Shown: positions 37,839-45,028 of the stretch, piece after piece | How positions within the stretch are numbered: the stretch's first letter is position 1 | Layout of the letters: every line of letters begins with the position of its first letter | IMG/VR virus record: IMGVR_UViG_3300037963_002171 | Coordinates: 1,986-65,985 of that record | Origin: a virus | Taxonomy: Duplodnaviria > Caudoviricetes | Direction: 5' to 3' (one strand) | DNA: 64,000 nt | Made by a program: the position numbers and the translations under genes | Notes under the pieces: model-generated | Database searches by the model: none | Told to the model about the DNA's origin: nothing | Seen by the model: only the letters and a program-made list of their open reading frames with translations

Positions 37839-38591
37839 TTATCTTGGTGTTTGTGTCCAGGTAACTCTACCTCCAAATATAGTATTAGTTGAACCAACGG
37901 CAATTCTTACCCACATAAATTCTCCAGCTTGACTTGCAAAAGTGCTAGCTAAAGTAACATTATTATTAGAAGTTGTTGTTCCTAAAGAAGTTAAATCCCC
38001 ATCTTGTTCTCCTTTGTAAAACTCTACAGCTAAAGAGTTGTCAGAAGCGTCCACCCTTCCCCCATTAGCAGTAAATCCTTGTGGAACTCTCACACAAGCA
38101 TATAGATTTGTGCTACCTGTAGCCCTAACACCTAATTTCCCAGTCACTCCTGTTTCTATAACAAGAGCATCAGTGGTTCCTTCTTCTGCTATCCAATCAT
38201 TAGGATGTATATACGTGGAACCAAAATACCCTGCGTATCCAACTATATTAAAACCTGCAGATTGACTCACTGATATACTAACATCACTCATATTAGAATC
38301 TAAGTATACACCATTTATATTGTCAGCTATAAGAATAACTGGGTCTTCTCCAAAGTTAATTTCTTTATATATTGCTTCCATAACCTCTTTGTGCTTATTG
38401 GAAGTTATAGTAATGTTAATATAAATATTATCAGTGTCTGGTTGACTAGCTGCTACATGGTCACCTGTAACATGTATTCTTAAATTTGTGTCAGAAGTGG
38501 GATACATTCCCTTTATGTCATTAGCCCAATATCCATAAAAAGTATCGCTACCAGAAGAATCTGTACCAAAAGTTATAAATTTGTTTTTCAT
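37839..38591 (-). CDS. Family-A domain fused to a beta-rich C-terminal domain (putative fibre/decoration protein)
   Basis: KFITF...SNKHKEVMEAI...ILIAD followed by a beta-rich domain. Confidence 0.6.
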   Translation of the reverse strand: MKNKFITFGTDSSGSDTFYGYWANDIKGMYPTSDTNLRIHVTGDHVAASQPDTDNIYINITITSNKHKEVMEAIYKEINFGEDPVILIADNINGVYLDSNMSDVSISVSQSAGFNIVGYAGYFGSTYIHPNDWIAEEGTTDALVIETGVTGKLGVRATGSTNLYACVRVPQGFTANGGRVDASDNSLAVEFYKGEQDGDLTSLGTTTSNNNVTLASTFASQAGEFMWVRIAVGSTNTIFGGRVTWTQTPR

Positions 38592-38592
38592 A

Positions 38593-38961
38593 TTACGCTA
38601 CATTTATAGATAAACTCACAATTGAACTTATGTAATTAGAATTTATTTCTCCTGTAGAAGTATCATCCACCTCGTCATAAATAACCACAAGGTCATCTTC
38701 ACCTAAAATAATTTCTTTCATAATTTGATTAAACACATCAACAGCTCTAGGAGCAGTAGTACATATTATGTTTATACTGTCTCCATCACTACCTTCATCA
38801 AGAATAACATTTGCTATAGGTTTAAGTTTAATTTGAACCACTGTCCCAGCAGTTACTATTTCAGAAATATTTTTTGCAGGAACACACATAGAATCTAATC
38901 TACTGTCGTCATCAGCCAATACTCCAATTTTTCTTACATAAATTAACTTGTTGTTATTCAT
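38593..38961 (-). CDS. Paralog family A protein
   Basis: KLIYVRK...VPA...DSINI...VFNQI...VVIYD. Confidence 0.6.
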   Translation of the reverse strand: MNNNKLIYVRKIGVLADDDSRLDSMCVPAKNISEIVTAGTVVQIKLKPIANVILDEGSDGDSINIICTTAPRAVDVFNQIMKEIILGEDDLVVIYDEVDDTSTGEINSNYISSIVSLSINVA

Positions 38962-39100
38962 CCTCTATAGACTTATTCATTACTGTAATACAAATTGGAC
39001 CTAAAAAGAATTGAGCCTCCATATATGGCTCTTGGTCAGTGGGCTCATAGTGTCGTATACCCAACACAAATCCCCAGTGAAAACTAAATACTACCTGCAT
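38954..39100 (-). CDS. Small protein (48 aa, MQVVFSFHWGFVLGIRH...), first gene of the late arm
   Basis: Hand-translated; preceded by TAAGTTTG and overlapping the next start. Confidence 0.55.
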   Translation of the reverse strand: MQVVFSFHWGFVLGIRHYEPTDQEPYMEAQFFLGPICITVMNKSIEDE

Positions 39101-39106
39101 AGTATG

Positions 39107-39114
39107 CAAACTTA
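39107..39114 (-). promoter_or_regulatory. Bacteroidota -7 promoter element (TAAGTTTG)
   Basis: At the head of the late arm, 6 nt upstream of the ATG. Confidence 0.55.
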
Positions 39115-39651
39115 CAAAAAATTTTTTTTATATTTTTTTGAGAGTGCGAACCTTATTCCTATATACGCACCACCCACTCGTATTTTTAAATCCCTACCCC
39201 CTCTTTTTTATATTACAGGATTAAAATTGCAAAAGAATGCTTATGTATACACTATATGTACCACCTCAGGTCTCTCTTCGTTCGTCTTGAGTGTGGTTTC
39301 AGTAAATTTCTTCGTGTGTATGTACGAGTGATACACATTATACTGCCTTATTCACTATCACCACTACAGCAGGTTATTGTTGAGTATTGCAGTGTGTTAC
39401 TCTTTAAGTGATTTGCTCATCTACTGTACAGTCATTGTCCCACTCCCGCCCAAGTTACAAAAAAAAAACGACATTGTCAAGTCAACTTCGTATCAAATTT
39501 CGTTGAGTTATATTATTTGAGTGTTTTGTTCTAACTGCTGTTCTTTCCTGTACTGTATAATTTTTTATTACAAGTACAAAATGTCCTTGGGAAATTATAC
39601 TTAATAAAAGTCCTGCCCAAAAGCGTTTGACTATAAGCAGGCATTACAGAT
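39115..39651. other. Divergent non-coding region (candidate genome terminus / control region)
   Basis: Largest gap, separating the oppositely transcribed late and early arms; homopolymer tracts. Confidence 0.5.
39538..39563 (+). repeat. Early-region motif, copy 1 (TGTTCTTTCyTnTACTG)
   Basis: CTGTTCTTTCCTGTACTGTATAATTT; related copies at 40425 and 41293. Confidence 0.6.
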
Positions 39652-40272
39652 ATGGCAACTAAATTGTCTAAACTCCGCAAAGCAGTGAGCGGATTAACAA
39701 ATATCACTACAAACAGAGCTGACTTCTCTATTGGAGTTAAAACAGGCTCTATGGCTGATATGGTTCCACAAAAAATAGGTGGATTAAACTATTCAGTTAT
39801 ACAAGACGGCGGAGAACTTGTCGCTTCGTCAAAGTGCAAACCATTCTGCATTGAAGATGTTATGCTTCACGACAGAAAAAAAGATGATAACGGCAACTGG
39901 GTAACTAAAGACCTTCCTTCTGCAGTTATAAACTTCAAACTTGACAGTTCAACTGAACAAGAAATGGTTTACACTTCAATGGTATTCAGAGGAACAACTT
40001 GGGAAGAAATAGTCCAAGACTTTGAACTTAACCATAAAGGTAAAGGCAAGTTGGGTAGTGGAGCAACAGCTTTATACTATATCTTCAGTAAAGGTAATGG
40101 TATGAGTTCTATTGAACACTTCCTTGAGGAACTTGAAAACGGCACGCCGATTAAGTTTGCTCAATACAAGCGTGAGTATACTAAAGGTTTAAACTTTACA
40201 TCTCACCAATATTATCTTAGTGACAAATCTAAAAAGGATTCCGATGATTCTTCTAACGATACTGATTATTAA
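39652..40272 (+). CDS. First early gene, hypothetical protein (206 aa)
   Basis: Isolated ORF with its own terminator; acidic C-terminal tail DSDDSSNDTDY. Confidence 0.8.
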   Translation: MATKLSKLRKAVSGLTNITTNRADFSIGVKTGSMADMVPQKIGGLNYSVIQDGGELVASSKCKPFCIEDVMLHDRKKDDNGNWVTKDLPSAVINFKLDSSTEQEMVYTSMVFRGTTWEEIVQDFELNHKGKGKLGSGATALYYIFSKGNGMSSIEHFLEELENGTPIKFAQYKREYTKGLNFTSHQYYLSDKSKKDSDDSSNDTDY

Positions 40273-40289
40273 GGTAATACAGGAATTGC

Positions 40290-40318
40290 AGGGGTAGCTC
40301 AGGCTATCCCTCTTTTTT
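40290..40318 (+). terminator. Intrinsic terminator
   Basis: AGGGGTAGC-TCAG-GCTATCCCT followed by CTTTTTT. Confidence 0.75.
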
Positions 40319-40424
40319 CTAACAAAAAGAAATGGAGTCGCTACGCGACATCTTATACAAAAAGGAGTCTCGTGGTGGTGCTCAGTTCACTATCATCATG
40401 GCTTCTAACTATATATGCGTAGTT

Positions 40425-40450
40425 CTGTTCTTTCTTCTACTGTATTGTTT
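40425..40450 (+). repeat. Early-region motif, copy 2
   Basis: CTGTTCTTTCTTCTACTGTATTGTTT. Confidence 0.6.
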
Positions 40451-40458
40451 ACTTATAT

Positions 40459-40639
40459 GTGAATGAGTAAGACTGTTTTATGGAGTTTAATAGGCAGGTA
40501 TTAATAGTCCTGAACGGTAGTTTCATAGTGTGTAATTAAATTATTGGTTGTAATAGTACCGTTAACTAATTTCCTACCCATAAAGCAAACTCAAGAGACT
40601 AGGCACGAACTGAATGTATTGGGGTCTTACTCTATTCAC
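40459..40639 (+). ncRNA. Candidate structured non-coding RNA / leader (~180 nt), family unknown
   Basis: Nested stems found by eye: 16-bp closing stem, 9-bp P2 and further helices with G-U pairs on the + strand, plus possible pseudoknots. Confidence 0.6.
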
Positions 40640-40664
40640 TAACCTTATTAAAATTATTTATGTT

Positions 40665-40814
40665 ATGAATGCAACTTACAAATCCAGGCAGGAACTACGA
40701 CAAGTTAACTGCTCATCTTGCTATAGTATAAACTATGGTAAATTAACTTATTCAAGTCACGACTATGATTTAATTATATGTTCTGATTGTGGATATCAAA
40801 ATGAAGTAAGATAA
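40665..40814 (+). CDS. Small zinc-ribbon protein
   Basis: CSSC...CSDC; start MNATYK preferred because the upstream ATG lies inside the RNA structure. Confidence 0.6.
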   Translation: MNATYKSRQELRQVNCSSCYSINYGKLTYSSHDYDLIICSDCGYQNEVR

Positions 40815-40936
40815 TGAAGTCTGTTAAAAATTTAATACAAGGTATAGTTTACTTTGTATTAGTTAGTTTGTTATGTGTTGTTAAATTATACCTATTATAC
40901 ATTTTAATATGGGTTATATGGGCAATATTAAGTTAA
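40814..40936 (+). CDS. Small membrane protein (40 aa)
   Basis: TAATG coupling; MKSVKNLIQGIVYFVLVSLLCVVKLYLLYILIWVIWAILS. Confidence 0.55.
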   Translation: MKSVKNLIQGIVYFVLVSLLCVVKLYLLYILIWVIWAILS

Positions 40937-40955
40937 ACCTTTTAAAATTTAAATT

Positions 40956-41159
40956 ATGATAAAAGCATTTAAAGATACTTGGGTGTTAATATTATTATTA
41001 ATGTTCATTATATATTTCTGTGTTAAATCACAGACTAAATTAGAAGACAAATTAGATGTCTTAATAGAAAATACTAACGACGAAAGAGTTGCTTTATTGC
41101 AAGATGAAGTTATGGACTTAGGTTCTAAACTTGACTCAATGCATTTGAAGTATGATTAA
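40956..41159 (+). CDS. Small membrane-anchored coiled-coil protein
   Basis: N-terminal transmembrane segment WVLILLLMFIIYFCV. Confidence 0.65.
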   Translation: MIKAFKDTWVLILLLMFIIYFCVKSQTKLEDKLDVLIENTNDERVALLQDEVMDLGSKLDSMHLKYD

Positions 41160-41217
41160 GGTTGATATAGCATTTATTGTAATAATTATTATAATGATAT
41201 TAGTAGTACTTTCTTAA
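41152..41217 (+). CDS. Hydrophobic micropeptide (21 aa)
   Basis: MIKVDIAFIVIIIIMILVVLS, overlapping the upstream stop. Confidence 0.35.
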   Translation: MIKVDIAFIVIIIIMILVVLS

Positions 41218-41263
41218 ACTATTAGCGTATGTATTTATTTATGTACGCTTTTAGTTTTTTTTT
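41216..41263 (+). terminator. Terminator-like hairpin
   Basis: AGCGTATGTA/TATGTACGCT stem followed by a T-run. Confidence 0.55.
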
Positions 41264-41292
41264 AAGAACTAATTACGGTTTTGCCGTAGTTT

Positions 41293-41310
41293 TTGTTCTT
41301 TCTTTTACTG
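41293..41310 (+). repeat. Early-region motif, copy 3
   Basis: TTGTTCTTTCTTTTACTG preceded by CGTAGTT, as in copy 2. Confidence 0.55.
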
Positions 41311-41348
41311 ACAATTCGATTTATTAATAACTTTTTAAAATATAAATT

Positions 41349-41828
41349 ATGCCAAAACATCAAATCAAATACAATATTGTTAAAGAAGCTTTAGCTGAGT
41401 ATATAAAAAACAAACAAGTTATACCTATGTATAACAAAAAACAAATTAAAGAAGAGTTTTATAAACTTGAGGACCTTGAAAATAGTAAGGCATTTTTAGT
41501 TGACTATAATGCAAGAAAAAAAGTAAGGGTTGATATACAAATTACAAAACATATTATAATTGATATGTTATGTGGTTTTATAAAAAGAGACCAAGGATTT
41601 AATTATATAGGTAGTAATACTATGTATTCAAAAGATACTAAACAAAAGTATGAAAATGTAGATACCTATATTAAACTAGGAGATAAAGAAACCAGAGAAA
41701 CAAGAATGGAAAATTTGGTTTGGGTTATAGAAGAACTTTTATGTTCTGGTAATTTTAGAAACTATATAACAAAAGACCAAGTAAAAAGACTTGTAATATC
41801 AACCGAAAACCTACCAAGCAATGAGTAG
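41349..41828 (+). CDS. Hypothetical protein
   Basis: 159-aa ORF heading the GATase/amidoligase operon. Confidence 0.7.
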   Translation: MPKHQIKYNIVKEALAEYIKNKQVIPMYNKKQIKEEFYKLEDLENSKAFLVDYNARKKVRVDIQITKHIIIDMLCGFIKRDQGFNYIGSNTMYSKDTKQKYENVDTYIKLGDKETRETRMENLVWVIEELLCSGNFRNYITKDQVKRLVISTENLPSNE

Positions 41829-41913
41829 GGTTTGGGATGAAGGGGTAAATGGTATACCCTTCGACGCAATAGATGAATACCATGAAATTATTAACACTGA
41901 AAAAAATAAAAAT

Positions 41914-42846
41914 ATGTGTGGATTAGTAGGCTTTTCAGGTAAAGCAGACACAAGTGTGTTGAAAGCTTTACATTTATTAGCGGACAATGATTCCAGAGGT
42001 GGCCACTCTACAGGAATGTTCGTAGACAATAAGATATATAAAACATTAGATGAATCAATGAATATATATCCAATGCTTAAATCAAATGTAACTGGTACTG
42101 TTCTTATAGGGCATACTAGATACGGAACTCATGGTAAAAATACCACTGAGAACGCACACCCATTTCAGCACAAAGGAATTATAGGTGCTCATAATGGTGT
42201 GTTAGATAATTATGAAGAAGTTGGTAAGAAGTTTAATATAAACAAAACTACTGTTGACTCTGAAATGATTATTAAAGTGCTTGGCGAAACAAGAGACGCT
42301 GCAAACTTAGGTTTATTTGGTGGTACTAAAGCAGTATTATATACAGCTGGAGACAATAGACTTTATGCTTATAGGCATAATAATCCATTGTTTTATTTAC
42401 GCACAGATAATGGCACATACTTTAGTTCTTTGAAAGAAGGTCTTGAAAATCTAACTAAAAGAAAGGAAGATATTACAGAGTGTCAAAAAGATAGAGTTTA
42501 TGTTTGGGAAGAAGGTGAGTTAATTAAAACAATTAAAGTTAAACACAAACCAATACCAGCTGCTAAATCTATAAATACAGACTGGCGTTCTTATGGCGGT
42601 TACAATAATGTAACTAGCTCACAGTCAAGCCTTTATAGTCAGGCTAATTTATGGAATGACGATGACCTTAACATTGATAAAGAAGAAGAAGAAAATTATG
42701 AAAGAGCTAATCATTATCACGACATAATGTTAAATCTAAAAGAACTTGATGAACACCTTGATTTAGATATAGAATCAAGAAAAGTTTTAAATGAAGCAAT
42801 AAATGCTTTAGATGATATAGCTACCGAAATTTATTATTCATATTAA
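41914..42846 (+). CDS. Class II (Ntn) glutamine amidotransferase
   Basis: MCGLVGF N-terminal Cys, RGGHSTG, GHTRYGT, NAHPF, HNG and VDSE motifs; an in-frame upstream ATG exists at 41821. Confidence 0.9.
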   Translation: MCGLVGFSGKADTSVLKALHLLADNDSRGGHSTGMFVDNKIYKTLDESMNIYPMLKSNVTGTVLIGHTRYGTHGKNTTENAHPFQHKGIIGAHNGVLDNYEEVGKKFNINKTTVDSEMIIKVLGETRDAANLGLFGGTKAVLYTAGDNRLYAYRHNNPLFYLRTDNGTYFSSLKEGLENLTKRKEDITECQKDRVYVWEEGELIKTIKVKHKPIPAAKSINTDWRSYGGYNNVTSSQSSLYSQANLWNDDDLNIDKEEEENYERANHYHDIMLNLKELDEHLDLDIESRKVLNEAINALDDIATEIYYSY

Positions 42847-42857
42847 AACTTTAGATT

Positions 42858-44105
42858 ATGGGAAAAGAATTAGAAAAAGGTTATGTTATTGATATGAATG
42901 GAGATGAACAACATGAAAATGATTGTGTTACATTAGCTAATGGAGATATTTGTCATATAGATGAAGCAAGATATTGTGAGTCAGATTCCGAGTATTACCA
43001 TGAAGGTGATGATGGGTTAAAATGGTGTGAAACAGGCGAATGTTGGTATTTTGAAGATGAGATGGTATACTGTGACCTTTATAATGGAGGCGAAGGTTGG
43101 GTGCATCAAGATACTGATTATGCATATTCAGAATATAATGATACATATTTTCAAAACAGTGAAACAGCAACTGACTGTGGTTATGCATGGTGTGAAAGAC
43201 GAGATGATTGGGTCCCAGAAGAACAAGTTGACGAAGGCGAAGAATGGGATAATACATACAAAATAGTAGACACTATGTTTACTAAAACATTTGGAATGCC
43301 TTACACATTTGGTGTTGAAATGGAAACATGTGAAGGTTATTATGAATACAATAGCGACTTTAGTCTTAAAGCTGTATATGATGGTAGTATTGATGGCAAA
43401 GAATATGTTACAGGTGTGTTACAGGGTAATAAAGGAATAGAGCATTTGGAAAAAATATGTAAAGCTATTAGTTCTGAATGTTATGTTGATAGAACTTGTG
43501 GAATCCATGTACATATAGGTGGAGCTAACTTTAATAGAAGGTTTGCTATACTATCTATAATGCTTGGTCATTTAATGCAACATCAATTGTTTAGAGTTCA
43601 ACCTAAATCAAGAAGGGCTAATACTTATTGTAAAAGAATACCTGAAGAGTTTGAGGAGTTAAGAACTGTAAATAAAAGAGAGTTTCCTTTTACACATAAA
43701 AGAATGTTAAGATTATTATCTAAATATGTAGAGGGAGGTCTTCAAGGGTTTGGTAAGACTAATTGTAAAAAATCTAGAAACCCACATGGACATTACTCAG
43801 GAACAAGATACTACTGGCTTAATCTAAATAACTTTAGTTATAAGGATGGGCCAGAAACTATTGAGTTCAGGCAACATAGTGGCTCACTTGATTATCATAA
43901 GATAAAAAAGTGGGTGTTATTTTGTATGTGTTATGTTAACTTCATAGAAAATCATTCAAGAACCATAATAGAAACCTATAATAGATTCCAAGAAGACAAA
44001 GCAATCTGTATATCAATGCGTGAAGTATTGCGTGCAGGTTTAGGAGATAAAGAGGGAGATATTATAGCAGACTATTATGATAACCGTGAACAACGATTCA
44101 TTTAA
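42858..44105 (+). CDS. Amidoligase (COOH-NH2 ligase) with Cys/Asp-rich N-terminal repeats
   Basis: FGVEMET, DGS, EYVT, TCGIHVHIG, RYYWLNL and TIEFRQHSGSLD motifs. Confidence 0.88.
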   Translation: MGKELEKGYVIDMNGDEQHENDCVTLANGDICHIDEARYCESDSEYYHEGDDGLKWCETGECWYFEDEMVYCDLYNGGEGWVHQDTDYAYSEYNDTYFQNSETATDCGYAWCERRDDWVPEEQVDEGEEWDNTYKIVDTMFTKTFGMPYTFGVEMETCEGYYEYNSDFSLKAVYDGSIDGKEYVTGVLQGNKGIEHLEKICKAISSECYVDRTCGIHVHIGGANFNRRFAILSIMLGHLMQHQLFRVQPKSRRANTYCKRIPEEFEELRTVNKREFPFTHKRMLRLLSKYVEGGLQGFGKTNCKKSRNPHGHYSGTRYYWLNLNNFSYKDGPETIEFRQHSGSLDYHKIKKWVLFCMCYVNFIENHSRTIIETYNRFQEDKAICISMREVLRAGLGDKEGDIIADYYDNREQRFI

Positions 44106-44127
44106 TCGCTGCTCATTCACACATTAC

Positions 44128-44285
44128 TACAAGGGGGGAGTTGTAATCAATTTAATATTAATTCACCTGTTATACTTTGGAACGATTACCGTTTCTCCCC
44201 CTATGTAATCAACTAATTAGGCGGGGTATCATTAACTTTAAATATTAATGGGTTATATAAATTCACGAGCCTCGCCTAAATAGTT
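44128..44285 (+). other. Two tandem long stem-loops with large AT-rich loops
   Basis: GGGGGGAG/CTCCCCCT with GTAATC/GATTAC; AACTA-TTAGGCGGGG/CCTCGCCTAA-TAGTT. Confidence 0.6.
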
Positions 44286-44323
44286 TGTTAAACTAATTAT
44301 TAATTATTAAAATTGTAAAAATT

Positions 44324-44548
44324 ATGGCAGAATATAGTATAGAAATAGGAAACAACGATTTACTTGTCGAGTATACATACATACCAGAACAAAAAGAAAG
44401 ATATCCAGACACAGAACCTCTTAGGGCTCATGTAGAAATAGATAGAATTTTTTATAATGATACAGAAGTAACAGAATTAATGTATGAAGTAGCTGATGAC
44501 TGGTTAATTCATTTAGAAACAGAAATAATAGAAAAATTAGAAAATTAA
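44324..44548 (+). CDS. Hypothetical acidic protein
   Basis: ORF with an A-rich leader. Confidence 0.65.
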   Translation: MAEYSIEIGNNDLLVEYTYIPEQKERYPDTEPLRAHVEIDRIFYNDTEVTELMYEVADDWLIHLETEIIEKLEN

Positions 44549-44550
44549 TT

Positions 44551-44700
44551 ATGGATAAACATTTAATAAAAAAGGTCGCAGATAAGTTTACTGACACCTT
44601 TTATGAACAAATATCAGACTATTTAACAGCTTATGGTTTAGAAATAAACGATAATAATGTTGACGAAGTAATTAAAGAAATTGTAAAAATTTATAAATAA
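44551..44700 (+). CDS. Hypothetical protein (49 aa, MDKHLIKKVAD...)
   Basis: Hand-translated; fills the gap between neighbouring genes. Confidence 0.55.
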   Translation: MDKHLIKKVADKFTDTFYEQISDYLTAYGLEINDNNVDEVIKEIVKIYK

Positions 44701-44704
44701 AATT

Positions 44705-45028
44705 ATGAAAAAACTATTTGATACCTTCTGGAAAGAGTACCCTCGCAAGGTGGGTAAAAAACAATCCCTTGATGCGTGGTTGAGATTAAAACCGTCACCT
44801 GAATTATATACAGTAATAATGAAAGCATTAACTAAACAAAAACTGTACAAAAAAATGTGTGATGATAATAATATTTGGCACCCAGACTTTCCACATCCAA
44901 TTAGATGGATTAAACATGAAAGATGGGAAGATGAGGTGCCTGATTTATTAAACACCTTAAACAACCACTTAAAGAGTAATTCACAAGTATATATTAACCC
45001 AAATAAAAATGGAAGAGATGAAAGATAA
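44705..45028 (+). CDS. Replication initiator C-terminal-like domain protein
   Basis: FDTFWKEYPRKVGKKQSLDAW...HPIRWI...RWEDE, typical of phage initiator C-termini; upstream of DnaB. Confidence 0.65.
   Translation: MKKLFDTFWKEYPRKVGKKQSLDAWLRLKPSPELYTVIMKALTKQKLYKKMCDDNNIWHPDFPHPIRWIKHERWEDEVPDLLNTLNNHLKSNSQVYINPNKNGRDER

Noticed and set aside
39011-39331. 106-aa + strand ORF in the control region
   Set aside because: TTG start, overlaps a better minus-strand ORF and promoter, and crosses homopolymer tracts.
39571-39646. Pistol ribozyme resemblance (CCCAAAAGCG with a pseudoknot partner)
   Set aside because: No proper P2/P3 arrangement or G-U cleavage junction.
40501-40602. Group I intron-like S (ATAGTCC) and R (AGAGACTA) words
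   Set aside because: They occur in reversed order, the element is too short and it interrupts no gene; not called an intron.
44237-44249. Loop sequence TTTAAATATTAAT antisense to the leader of the gene starting at 27312
   Set aside because: A 13-nt all-AT match is plausible by chance in this genome.
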